Positions 19,393 through 28,594 of a stretch of DNA of 64,000 nucleotides are shown here, in pieces (position 1 is the stretch's first letter; each line of letters opens with the position of its first letter). Source of the stretch: an uncultured Bacillota bacterium (GTDB lineage Bacteria; Bacillota_I; Bacilli_A; RFN20; CAG-826). Both the position numbers and the translations under genes were made by a program. The notes under the pieces were generated by a model that worked only from the letters and a program-made list of their open reading frames with translations, had not been told where the DNA came from and ran no database searches. Where the stretch lies: contig CASFDV010000002.1 of the NCBI GenBank assembly GCA_949293555.1, forward strand, positions 279,812 to 343,811, in the 5' to 3' direction.

Positions 19393-19605
19393 ATGGCCGA
19401 GGAGAAGAAGGGGAGCGGGAAGACCTACCACATCACCCAGAGGTCCGAGGACGGGATGTGGCAGGTGAAGCTCGCCAACGGGACGCGGGCGCTCAAGAGG
19501 TTCCGCACCCAGAAGGAAGCGATCGAGTACGCGGAGAGGGTTTCCGACAACCAGGAAGGATCCATCCGCATCCACGGCAAGAACGGGAAGATGAGGAAGA
19601 AGTAG
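19393..19605 (+). CDS. Small basic DUF2188-like protein
   Basis: YHIT....G.WQVK...RA...F.TQKEAIEYA...IHGKNGKMR pattern; strong SD AAGGAGG. Confidence 0.75.
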   Translation: MAEEKKGSGKTYHITQRSEDGMWQVKLANGTRALKRFRTQKEAIEYAERVSDNQEGSIRIHGKNGKMRKK

Positions 19606-19660
19606 GTCTTCCTCGACAAGAGCGATCTCCTTGGCTACAATAGCGGAGCCGCGAGGCGCT

Positions 19661-19734
19661 GCATCTGTAGTTCAATGGTAGAACTCCAGCTTCCCAAGCT
19701 GGTCACGCGGGTTCGATTCCCGTCAGATGCTCCA
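19661..19734 (+). tRNA. tRNA-Gly(CCC)
   Basis: Anticodon arm CCAGC-TTCCCAA-GCTGG; TCCA end. Confidence 0.95.
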
Positions 19735-19763
19735 GGAACGCTTGCCCCCGTCCGGGGGCTTTT

Positions 19764-20663
19764 TCAGTCCTCTTTGACCGGCCTTCCGTCCTCGCCGTAG
19801 TTTTCGGACGAACCCTTCTTCCCGGGATCGATGAGGATCAGCTTCCGGAGCGCCTGCTCGAGCCTCCCGAACTCCTCCTTGCCTCTCTCAAGCATCTCCT
19901 TGTCTTTTTTTCTCGTCGCTTCTGGGATGTAGGAGAGGATTTCCGCCTTCTTGCCGGCGTAGATCGCCTTGGCCTTCCTCCGGACCGCCTCGTAGCGAGC
20001 CTCGATTCCGCTTTCCCTCGCAAGCTGCCTGGCCTTGCCGAAGAGATTCAGCGACTTGACGAGGTCATAGAGGAAAATCCCGTATATCCCTCCCATGAAG
20101 AAGAGGAAGAGGAAGTTCACCGCGTCTCCTCCCGCCCCTCCTTCGAAGAGGTAATGGAACATGCCCTCGAACATCCGGTAGATGAAGGGGCCCGCCCCGT
20201 AGTAGTAGAGGAGGTCGACGATGAGCCAGATCACGGAGAAGAGAGGGCAGACGACCCCAAGGACGTTGCCCCTCATGTTCCGGTAGTCCCAGAGCCTGAC
20301 GTGGAAGCCCTTGACGAAGACCAGGCCCGCGAGGAACTCGAGGAGGATGAGCGAAGCCCAGATGCATCCGATCGGGATGAGGTCCCAGGCGGTCGCCCCG
20401 GAGGCCTCCTCCCTTCCAAACATCCCTCCCATCGGGTTATAGAGGGGAAGCGAGTCGGGGAGCAGGACGTAGAACATCCAGCAAAGGGAAAGCATCACGA
20501 GGATCCCGAACCCGTAAAGTGGAAGCCACGGGCCTTCCATGAAGCCGGGATTCACCCATTTCTTCGCTGAGAAGAACCTTCGGAACAGGACTTCGAGCAG
20601 ATAGCCTCCCATCGATCCGACGAGGAAGATGAGGAGGAACACCATCAAGTACTTGCTTGCCAT
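19764..20663 (-). CDS. Membrane protein of the putative ABC permease family (CmpB/DUF1113-like)
   Basis: GYLLEV...NPGFMEGPWLPLYGFG...LWDYRNMRGNVLGVVCP; start moved to MASKYL. Confidence 0.75.
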   Translation of the reverse strand: MASKYLMVFLLIFLVGSMGGYLLEVLFRRFFSAKKWVNPGFMEGPWLPLYGFGILVMLSLCWMFYVLLPDSLPLYNPMGGMFGREEASGATAWDLIPIGCIWASLILLEFLAGLVFVKGFHVRLWDYRNMRGNVLGVVCPLFSVIWLIVDLLYYYGAGPFIYRMFEGMFHYLFEGGAGGDAVNFLFLFFMGGIYGIFLYDLVKSLNLFGKARQLARESGIEARYEAVRRKAKAIYAGKKAEILSYIPEATRKKDKEMLERGKEEFGRLEQALRKLILIDPGKKGSSENYGEDGRPVKED

Positions 20664-20834
20664 GCCTGATTGTGGCTCCAATTGGCGAAAGAAGCCAGCG
20701 AAAGCTTGGCCAAGGGCGCGTTTTAGACCCCTCATTGAATTTTCTTTCTAAGGAAACAGGCTTTTTGCGGGGTTATCGGAGAAGGAGAGAAAAGCGCTCT
20801 ACACTCCTTCGATTTGCCGGGATAAAGTTGGGGC

Positions 20835-21335
20835 ATGGAGAGGGAAGAGAAGGATTATCTGGAGCATTGCCTAGCCCTTCTCAAGGAACGCGGCGTGAGC
20901 GTCGAGGATATCGCCGACTGCGCCCGCTACCTTCAGAGCGGCTATCACCATTCCCTGAGGACCGAGGAGCTATGCCTCAGCGTCCTCAAGGTCCTGGAGA
21001 AGAGGGAGGTGCAGTTCGCCGTCATGACGGGCATCGCCCTGGACAAAGCGGCCGAGCAGGGCCTTCTCCCCGACAAGGAGCTGGAAGGGCTCCTCATGGA
21101 GGACGCCCCCCTCTACGGGGTGGACGAAGTCCTCGCCTACGGCATCTGCAACACCTACGGTTCCATCGCCCTCACCAACTTCGGCTTCATCGACAAGGAC
21201 AAGTACGGGATCATCCGGAAGCTGAACGAAGCCGGCAAGGGGACTGGCCGCTGCAACACCTTCCTCGACGACCTCGTCGGCGCGATCGCCGCCTCCGCGG
21301 CCTCGCGCTTCGCCCATAACGTGGAGGAGGAATAG
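20835..21335 (+). CDS. pgpA: Phosphatidylglycerophosphatase A family (YutG-like)
   Basis: KREVQ, YGVDEVLA, YGSIALTNFG, TFLDDLVGAIAA. Confidence 0.85.
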   Translation: MEREEKDYLEHCLALLKERGVSVEDIADCARYLQSGYHHSLRTEELCLSVLKVLEKREVQFAVMTGIALDKAAEQGLLPDKELEGLLMEDAPLYGVDEVLAYGICNTYGSIALTNFGFIDKDKYGIIRKLNEAGKGTGRCNTFLDDLVGAIAASAASRFAHNVEEE

Positions 21336-21338
21336 GAA

Positions 21339-22148
21339 ATGCCAGGCGCCAACTTCGGGAACCCGACCTTCGTCGCGGAATTCGTCCTCGCCATATTCAT
21401 CTTCCTGGGGATCGACGCCCTGCTCTTCCTCATCGTGAAAAGGTGGGCGGCCACGCTTTCCCTCCTCATCCCTGAGTTCCTCGCCCTTCTCTTCTATTGC
21501 GTCGGCATGCCCTTGCTGGGGCTTTTCTTCCTCATCCTCATGGGCGTCGCCGCGGTCCTCGTGCTGTTCGTCAACATGAACGTGTTCCGCGGATATCTCT
21601 CGAACCGCGGGGATTCCGCGCTCTTCCGCCTGAGCGCGAGGAAGAAGAGGAAGGAGCCGGAACGCCTCTACGACCAGGACGCCTTCCTCGAGAAGCTCGT
21701 CCTCGCGGCGATCAACATGTCCCGCCTGAGAAGAGGCGCCCTCATCACCATCGAGAGGAAGGACGACATCCTCGACGAGGCAAAGCTCGGGGACGTGATC
21801 CGTCAGAAGGGCGTGCGGATCGACGCGCCTTTCGTTCCTGAGCTTGTCGAGACCATCTTCTACGAAGGGACGAGGCTCCATGACGGGGCCATCGTCGTCA
21901 AGGACGGGATCATTCTCCGTGCGGCCGTATTCTTCGCCGCGACGGAGCGCCCCCTCAACGGGAAGTACGGCTCTCGCCACCAGGCCGCCATCGGCATCAG
22001 CGAGAAGTCCGACTCCGTGACCCTCGTCGTCAGCGAGGAGACGGGGAGGATCGCGATCGCCTTCCAGGGCGAGCTCACCCACGTGACCCCGGATAACCTC
22101 TTGCGCGTCCTCGAGGACGACCTTTCCTACTCCGAGGAGGAAGACTAG
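21339..22148 (+). CDS. cdaA: Membrane-bound diadenylate cyclase CdaA/DacA
   Basis: Three N-terminal TMs; LHDGA, GSRHQAA, VVSEETG; upstream of glmM. Confidence 0.9.
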   Translation: MPGANFGNPTFVAEFVLAIFIFLGIDALLFLIVKRWAATLSLLIPEFLALLFYCVGMPLLGLFFLILMGVAAVLVLFVNMNVFRGYLSNRGDSALFRLSARKKRKEPERLYDQDAFLEKLVLAAINMSRLRRGALITIERKDDILDEAKLGDVIRQKGVRIDAPFVPELVETIFYEGTRLHDGAIVVKDGIILRAAVFFAATERPLNGKYGSRHQAAIGISEKSDSVTLVVSEETGRIAIAFQGELTHVTPDNLLRVLEDDLSYSEEED

Positions 22149-22180
22149 GAAAGGAATCCTTCCTACATATAATTTCCAGG

Positions 22181-23506
22181 ATGAAGCATCTTTTTGGGAC
22201 GGACGGGATCCGCGGCGTCGCCAACGCCGACCTCACCCTTGACGTGGCCGCCTGCCTTGCCCGAGCGCTCGCCCTTTCCCATCGGCAGATATACCTTGGG
22301 ATGGACACGCGCGAGTCCTCGCCCATGTTCGCGGGCCAGATCGTCGCCTCCGCGCTTTCTGCCGGGGCCGACGTCTATGACATGGGCGTGGTCGGGACCC
22401 CTGGCGTGGCCTACACCCTCGCCTCCCTCAAGAGCACCCATCCGATCGGGATCGTCGTCACCGCCTCCCATAACCCTTACCAGGACAACGGGCTCAAGGT
22501 GATCGCCCCGGGAGGAGGGAAGCTCCCGGTCGAAGAAGAGAGGAGGCTTGAGGGCGCGATGGCCTATTCCGTCCTCGAGCAGGTCAAGAACCCGCGGGTA
22601 GGGCAGTATGTCTCCGCGAAGAGCCTCCGGGGCGACTACATCGACCATCTCAAGGCGACCTGCCCCCGCGCCTCCTTCGAAGGGACGCTTGTCCTGGACT
22701 GCGCCAACGGAGCGCTCAGCGCCTACGCCTCCTCGGTCTTTCGCGCCCACGGGATGAAGACCAGCCTCATCGCCAACCACCCCGACGGGCGCAATATCAA
22801 CGCCGGCGTCGGGGCGACAAGCATCGACCAGACGAGAAGGAAGGTGTTCCGGGACGAGACGAGGCAGAAGGACCTCCTCATCGCCTTCGACGGGGACGGG
22901 GACCGCCTCATGATGGCCCTTCCCAGCGGGACGGTCATCGACGGGGACGCCCTTTCCTATCTGGTGCTCAAGGCGGAGCTCGAGCAGGGGAGGCAGGGGA
23001 GCTTCGGGATCGCGCTGACCAAAATGTCGACCCTGGGCACCATCCGCTCGATCCGGGCCCTTGGCGTCGAGCCCACGATCACGGAAGTGGGCGACCGCGC
23101 CCTTGCCGAGGCCCTGCGCGACGGGGGCTATCTCCTCGGGGCCGAGCAATCCGGGCACGTCATCTTCCCGGATGAGATGCCGACCGGGGACGGCATCCTC
23201 ACCGCGCTCCGCTTCCTCAGCCTCTACCATAGCGAGCGCGAGATCCGCTGGGCCTTGAAGACCTACCATCCCAGCTACCAGGAGCTCATGAACTTCTCGT
23301 TCCGCTCCCGCGAGGACCTAGGGAACTTCGTCGACAGCCTCGCCTACCGGAAGTTCGTCGCCGAATTCGGGAAGGAGGGGGATTCGCGCGTGTTCATCCG
23401 CCCGAGCGGAACGGAGCCGGTCCTCCGCGTCCTTCTGGACTTCCCGAGCAAGTTCGAGGCCGCCGAGGCGCGCTCGCGGATCATGGACTTCATGGAGGCT
23501 CGCTAG
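22181..23506 (+). CDS. glmM: Phosphoglucosamine mutase
   Basis: FGTDGIRG, TASHNP, DGDGDR, AEQSGH, RPSGTEP. Confidence 0.93.
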   Translation: MKHLFGTDGIRGVANADLTLDVAACLARALALSHRQIYLGMDTRESSPMFAGQIVASALSAGADVYDMGVVGTPGVAYTLASLKSTHPIGIVVTASHNPYQDNGLKVIAPGGGKLPVEEERRLEGAMAYSVLEQVKNPRVGQYVSAKSLRGDYIDHLKATCPRASFEGTLVLDCANGALSAYASSVFRAHGMKTSLIANHPDGRNINAGVGATSIDQTRRKVFRDETRQKDLLIAFDGDGDRLMMALPSGTVIDGDALSYLVLKAELEQGRQGSFGIALTKMSTLGTIRSIRALGVEPTITEVGDRALAEALRDGGYLLGAEQSGHVIFPDEMPTGDGILTALRFLSLYHSEREIRWALKTYHPSYQELMNFSFRSREDLGNFVDSLAYRKFVAEFGKEGDSRVFIRPSGTEPVLRVLLDFPSKFEAAEARSRIMDFMEAR

Positions 23507-23507
23507 G

Positions 23508-25244
23508 ATGTGTGGGATCGTTGGGGCCGCCGCTAGCTTCCCGATGAGGGATTTCTTGCTAAAAAGCCTTTCAAAATTGCAATATCGCGGCTATGACTCC
23601 GCAGGCGTCGCCTATTTCGGGGAAGACGGCTCCATCAAGACGAAGCGGACCGTCGGCTCCGTCGAGATGCTGGAAGGGATGCTTCCCCCCTTCTCTTCTC
23701 GGCTCGCCATCGGGCACACCCGCTGGGCTACGAACGGGCTTCCCAGTTTGAAGAACGCGCATCCCCAGACCTCGCTCCACGGGCTCGTGACGCTCGTCCA
23801 TAACGGCATCATCGAGAACGAGCAGACCCTGAGGACGTTCCTTGAGAAGCATGGGTATTCCTTCCGTTCCTCCACGGACACCGAGCTCATCGCGGACTTT
23901 ATCGAGGCCGCGCTTTCCTCGGGAAAGTCGCCGGAAGAGGCGCTTTCCTCGCTCTTCCGCTTCCTCCAAGGGTCCTTCGCACTTGCCATCCTCATCGCCA
24001 GCTCTCCTGGAAAGCTTTATTTCGCGAAGCAATCCTCGCCCCTGGTGCTGGGACGGGGGGAATGCGGGCATCTCGTCGCCAGCGACCCGGCCGCCCTGGT
24101 CGGCCGCGCGGACTCCTTCTACGACCTCGAGGACGGATACTACGGCTATGTCTCGGAGGACGAGGCGAAGCTTTACGTGGACGGGAAGGAGGTTCCTCCT
24201 TCCTTCGAGGAAAGGAACCTCGGGAAATACGAGATCGATCTCCGCGGGTATCCCCATTTCATGATCAAGGAGATCGAAGAAGAGCCTGAGGCGCTCATGG
24301 GCCTCAAGGACACGATCCAGGCGATTCCCGAGGACATCGTGAGGCTCGTCAGGGAGGCGTCCAGCATCTGCCTCATCGGCTGCGGGTCGAGCTACCATGC
24401 AGCCCTTCTTTCCGCCAGGGCGGCCAGGAGGCTCGGGAAGCGTGCCAACGCCATCCCTGGAAGCGAGTTCTCCATCGACCCTCCCCCGTTCGAGGAGGGG
24501 GCGCTCTTCTTCCTCCTTTCCCAGTCGGGCGAGACGGTCGACATCCTCGATGTCCTAAGGCTTCTTCCCAAGGGGCGGACGATCGCGCTCACCAACGCCT
24601 CCCATAGCAGGCTCGCCCGCGAGTCCGCCCACCACCTCTTCCTCGACGTCGGGGCGGAGGTGGCCGTCGCCGCCACCAAGACCTTCCTCGGGGAAGTGGT
24701 CCTCCTCAACGGGCTCTTCCTCCGCGCCGCGGGGAAGGAGGGGACGGAAGGAATCGACGAAGCCTCGCGCTCCCTTCGCGACGTCATCGCCAGGAAGCAC
24801 GAGGTGCGTTCGGCCGCCTCGGCCATCGCCAGGACCGGCCATCTCTATTTCATCGGGCGGGCGGAAGGAAACGAGGCAGCGATGGAATGCGCCCTCAAGG
24901 TCAAGGAGGTCGCCTGCTTCCGCTGCGAGTCCTTCCCTAGCGGCGAGCTGAAGCACGGGCCGATCGCCCTCATCGAGAAAGGGACCCCCCTCGTCGCCTT
25001 CTCCGTCGGGAAGGGAGAGGCGATGGTGAGGCTGAACGCCAGGGAAGCCGAGGCCAGGGGCGCCTCCGTCCTCTTCCTCGGGAGCAGGAAGGAGGACGAT
25101 TTCCCGGTCGATCCCCTTCCCGGAGTCCTCGAGGCGCTCCCGCTCGTGTGCTACGGGCAGCTTCTTTCCTATTTCCTCGCCCTCGAGCTCGGGAAGCCAT
25201 GCGACAGGCCGCGGAACCTCGCCAAGTCGGTTACGGTCCGCTGA
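23508..25244 (+). CDS. glmS: Glutamine--fructose-6-phosphate transaminase
   Basis: MCGIVG, YRGYDSAG, GHTRWAT, SQSGET, ELKHGP, PRNLAKSVTV. Confidence 0.95.
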   Translation: MCGIVGAAASFPMRDFLLKSLSKLQYRGYDSAGVAYFGEDGSIKTKRTVGSVEMLEGMLPPFSSRLAIGHTRWATNGLPSLKNAHPQTSLHGLVTLVHNGIIENEQTLRTFLEKHGYSFRSSTDTELIADFIEAALSSGKSPEEALSSLFRFLQGSFALAILIASSPGKLYFAKQSSPLVLGRGECGHLVASDPAALVGRADSFYDLEDGYYGYVSEDEAKLYVDGKEVPPSFEERNLGKYEIDLRGYPHFMIKEIEEEPEALMGLKDTIQAIPEDIVRLVREASSICLIGCGSSYHAALLSARAARRLGKRANAIPGSEFSIDPPPFEEGALFFLLSQSGETVDILDVLRLLPKGRTIALTNASHSRLARESAHHLFLDVGAEVAVAATKTFLGEVVLLNGLFLRAAGKEGTEGIDEASRSLRDVIARKHEVRSAASAIARTGHLYFIGRAEGNEAAMECALKVKEVACFRCESFPSGELKHGPIALIEKGTPLVAFSVGKGEAMVRLNAREAEARGASVLFLGSRKEDDFPVDPLPGVLEALPLVCYGQLLSYFLALELGKPCDRPRNLAKSVTVR

Positions 25245-25296
25245 ATTGGAAAAGGGGGGCGTTTGCCTTAGAATTCAAGGAAAGCGAGGCAAGAAG

Positions 25297-26037
25297 ATGG
25301 CAACACCCCACATCAATGCGAACAAAGGCGACTTCGCCAAGGTCGTCCTCATGCCCGGGGACCCCCTGCGGGCGAAGTGGATCGCGGACAAGTACCTTTC
25401 CGAGGTCCGGCTCGTCAACGAGGTGAGGGGCGCGCTCGGCTTCACTGGGAAGGGGCCGAACGGCGGGCTCGTCTCCGTGATGGCCAGCGGCATGGGCATG
25501 CCTTCGATCGGCATCTACTCGCATGAGCTATTCGCCGAGTTCGGCGTGGAAAGCATCATCCGCATCGGGACGATGGGCACCTACCAGCCGGACGTCGGCC
25601 TTCGCTCGATCGTCCTCGCCCAAGGGGCGTGCACGGACAGCAACTGGATGGGCCAGCACGACCTCCGTGGAGGGACCTTCTCCGCGATCGCCGACTTCGG
25701 GCTCCTTCATAAGGCGTATCTCGCCGCGAGAAAGAAGGACCTCGAGGTGCACGTGGGGAACATCCTTTCCGCGGACATCTTCTACGACCATGATCCCTCG
25801 ACTTGGAAGAAATGGGCCGGGCTCGGGGTGCTCGGGGTCGAGATGGAGGCCTATGGCCTTTACGCGAACGCCGCCTCCATGGGCAAGAAGGCGCTGGCCC
25901 TCCTGACCGTCACGGACAGCTTCCTCGGAGGAAAGAAGCTCACGAGCGAGGAGAGGCAGCTTGGCCTCGGCGAGATGGTGGAGACCGCCCTCCTGGTGGC
26001 CGAGAGCGAGGTTGGATGCCCTATTCTGTCAGACTGA
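25297..26037 (+). CDS. deoD: Purine nucleoside phosphorylase DeoD
   Basis: MATPHINA, MPGDPLRAK, GMGMPSIGIY, VEME. Confidence 0.95.
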   Translation: MATPHINANKGDFAKVVLMPGDPLRAKWIADKYLSEVRLVNEVRGALGFTGKGPNGGLVSVMASGMGMPSIGIYSHELFAEFGVESIIRIGTMGTYQPDVGLRSIVLAQGACTDSNWMGQHDLRGGTFSAIADFGLLHKAYLAARKKDLEVHVGNILSADIFYDHDPSTWKKWAGLGVLGVEMEAYGLYANAASMGKKALALLTVTDSFLGGKKLTSEERQLGLGEMVETALLVAESEVGCPILSD

Positions 26038-26639
26038 CGCTATTCATCGTGGTGGCCGTGATCATCGGCCTCCTTTTCCTTGCCCTTTTCCTGCTCCCTC
26101 CTCTAAGGCGGGCGCTATACCGCCGCCATCCCATGCGGATGTTCTACCGCCACGTGATGCGGACGGCCCGGGACGGGGACTACTACCTCATCAACGACTT
26201 CACCCTCAGGACGGGGAAGGAGGAGTTCATCCACGTGGATCATCTCCTCGCCGGGGACAAGTACCTCTACGTCGTCACGGACCGCTACTACGAGGGCGCG
26301 GTGAACGCCAAGCCCGACGACTTCCGCTGGCTCCTATACGAACGGGGCGGGGGGAAGCGCTACGTCTCCAACCCTCTCGTCGAGAACAAGACGGCGATGG
26401 AGCGCCTTTCGATCCTGAGCGGGATCCCGACTTCCTACATGGTCGGGGTCGTGCTCGTGAACGACGACTGCTTCGTGAACCGCTACGACTCGGAGGACGG
26501 GGAGAACTTCCTGGTGAGCGAACGAAAGTTCTCGCGCCTCGTCCGGGATTTCGAGAAAAGGGCCGTCGAGCCATTCCGAAAGGAAGAGCTATGGCAGACC
26601 GTCCAGGACCTCCATGAGCTCAAGGAGGGAGAGAAGTGA
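26016..26639 (+). CDS. Membrane-anchored NERD (nuclease-related) domain protein
   Basis: N-terminal TM, then YYLIND...HVDHLL.GDKYLYVV...NPL..N; start ATG 26016. Confidence 0.7.
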   Translation: MPYSVRLTLFIVVAVIIGLLFLALFLLPPLRRALYRRHPMRMFYRHVMRTARDGDYYLINDFTLRTGKEEFIHVDHLLAGDKYLYVVTDRYYEGAVNAKPDDFRWLLYERGGGKRYVSNPLVENKTAMERLSILSGIPTSYMVGVVLVNDDCFVNRYDSEDGENFLVSERKFSRLVRDFEKRAVEPFRKEELWQTVQDLHELKEGEK

Positions 26640-27745
26640 TGGAAGAAGAAACAAAGTTTCGTGCGAATTCCCGCGCGCTTTATCGGGAAACGGCGGGATT
26701 CCTCCCCAATGCGCTGAAAGGGCTATGGCCCCTGTTCCTCATCGCCGCGGTGTTCGCCGCGGCGGTCGGCTTCAGCGGCTCCATGCCCGTCCTCCTCTTG
26801 GTCACGGTCCCTTTCATCCTCCTTCCCTTCTATGCCTCCCTCACGATCGGGGTCTCCCTCATATCCCAGGGGAGAGCGGCGGACGGAAGGACGCTGGGCA
26901 AAGGGCTTCTCGCCTATTTCCGCCCTCCCTTCTTCGGAAGCTACGGCATCACGAGGACGTTCGTCTACGGGGCGCTCCTCCTCCTGCTCCTCGGCCCGGT
27001 GATCACCCTCCTCGCCGCCTTGACCGCCGAGAACTGGAACCCTGCCCTCATGGAGGAGATCGACGCCCTGCTTTCCAGCCTCGGCTCGACGGGGAGCCTC
27101 GGGGTGAGCATCGACCAGCTCCTGACCGAGTACCCTCAGCTCATGCTTTTCGAGAACGCGGTCCTCGCCTCGGAGCTCGGCGTCGTGTTCCTGCTTTATG
27201 TGCACCGGCAGAACCGGGCCGCCATCATCCCCCATATCGCCATCCATCTCTCCAATCCCTCCTTGGCAAGGACGATCTTCGAAAGAACCTTCCATGGGCC
27301 CTACGGCCTTAGGAAGGATTACTACGCCGGGGCGCTTCCCGGTTACCTCGTCCCTGCCATCGGCTACGTGATCGGCGTGCTCCTGGCCGCCTATACCCCT
27401 CTCGGACCTCTCTGGATGTCCGCCTTCGGGCTGATGCTCGGGCTTCTCTTCCATGTCCTTTCCCTCATCTGGCACCTTTCCTACGTGGAAAGGCTCTTCG
27501 CGAAGTACGAGCCGCTCTTCCGCGAGGAGACGATCCTTCTCTTTCGCCAGAGCGCCGATCGCTTCGAAGCGATGGGGGAGATGGGCCGCGAGTACGCCGA
27601 GAGGCTTCGCGAGAGCCTCCGTGAGGAAGAAGCGAAGGAGGAGGCCGCGGGCGAGGCCCCTTCCGCGGACAAGGAGGAAGAGGACCCTAAGGACGAAGGG
27701 CGGCCGAACCTCGACGACTACGGAAGGCGCGACGGGAGCGACTAG
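26636..27745 (+). CDS. Hypothetical multi-pass membrane protein with acidic tail
   Basis: About six hydrophobic segments; overlaps the upstream stop (GTGA); host-like codon usage. Confidence 0.7.
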   Translation: MMEEETKFRANSRALYRETAGFLPNALKGLWPLFLIAAVFAAAVGFSGSMPVLLLVTVPFILLPFYASLTIGVSLISQGRAADGRTLGKGLLAYFRPPFFGSYGITRTFVYGALLLLLLGPVITLLAALTAENWNPALMEEIDALLSSLGSTGSLGVSIDQLLTEYPQLMLFENAVLASELGVVFLLYVHRQNRAAIIPHIAIHLSNPSLARTIFERTFHGPYGLRKDYYAGALPGYLVPAIGYVIGVLLAAYTPLGPLWMSAFGLMLGLLFHVLSLIWHLSYVERLFAKYEPLFREETILLFRQSADRFEAMGEMGREYAERLRESLREEEAKEEAAGEAPSADKEEEDPKDEGRPNLDDYGRRDGSD

Positions 27746-28353
27746 CCTTTCCGGAAGATGAGCCCGAGCACCATCGGGATTGTCTTGAAGAAAATAACGA
27801 AATCCTGCTTGAAGGAGAATTTCGCGACATACTCCCCGTCGTTTTTCGCTTTTTCAAGAATGTCGTGCCGGCATTCCATCCGGAGCTGCGCCAGGCCAGT
27901 GAGCCCGGGGCGGACCAGGAACGGGTCGCTTTTCTGAGACTTTCTTGCTTCATAAAGGGGGACTTGGTACTTCGCTTCCATCATCGGGCGCGGTCCGATG
28001 AGGGACATGTCGCCCCGGAAGATATTCCAAAGCTGCGGAAGCTCGTCCATTCGGCTCATCCGAAGGAAGCCAGCGAATTTCGGAAGATCTTCCTTTGTTT
28101 CCTTGAGGTCTTCGGCTCCGACATGGGAAGGCGCCTCCACCCTCATCGTCCTGAACTTGTAGATGACGAAAGGCTTTTCGTCTCTCCCGAGCCTTACTTG
28201 CCGGAACAGGATGGGCCCCGGGGACCCCGCCCTGACGAGGATCGCCCCGACCAGAAGGAAAGGCGAGACGAGAACGAGGCCAAGCCCTGAGACGAGGACG
28301 TCCATCGAGCGCTTGAAGAAGCGGAATCCGAGCGTGCCGGGCCTTCGTTCCAT
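27742..28353 (-). CDS. Sugar transferase (undecaprenyl-phosphate glycosyl-1-P transferase family)
   Basis: KRSMD, FRQVRLG, YKFRTM, DELPQLWN, GDMSLIGPRP, RPGLTGLAQ. Confidence 0.9.
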   Translation of the reverse strand: MERRPGTLGFRFFKRSMDVLVSGLGLVLVSPFLLVGAILVRAGSPGPILFRQVRLGRDEKPFVIYKFRTMRVEAPSHVGAEDLKETKEDLPKFAGFLRMSRMDELPQLWNIFRGDMSLIGPRPMMEAKYQVPLYEARKSQKSDPFLVRPGLTGLAQLRMECRHDILEKAKNDGEYVAKFSFKQDFVIFFKTIPMVLGLIFRKG

Positions 28354-28420
28354 CCGGCGGGGAATATACCGCGCGATCGGGCGAAGAAAAAGCCCGGCGT
28401 CATCGCCGGGCGTCTTCTCC

Positions 28421-28494
28421 TGGAGCAAGTGACGGGAATCGAACCCGCGTGTTAACCTTGGCAAGGTTACGTTCTACCATTGAACTACACCTGC
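28421..28494 (-). tRNA. tRNA-Gly(GCC)
   Basis: Minus-strand cloverleaf; anticodon arm TAACC-TTGCCAA-GGTTA; TCCA. Confidence 0.95.
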
Positions 28495-28594
28495 GCCGCT
28501 CCTCTCGAAGCGAGGCGATTATATAGAGGGTCCCTGGCGATGGCAAGAGAAAGCGACCGCTCCTATAATCTCCCCGCGAAAGGAAGGTGTCCCT

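Noticed and set aside
28495..28594. T-box leader before gltX (and likewise a pyrG attenuator at 30389-30468)
   Set aside because: The intergenic spaces are too short and hold only promoter/SD or tRNA terminator elements.
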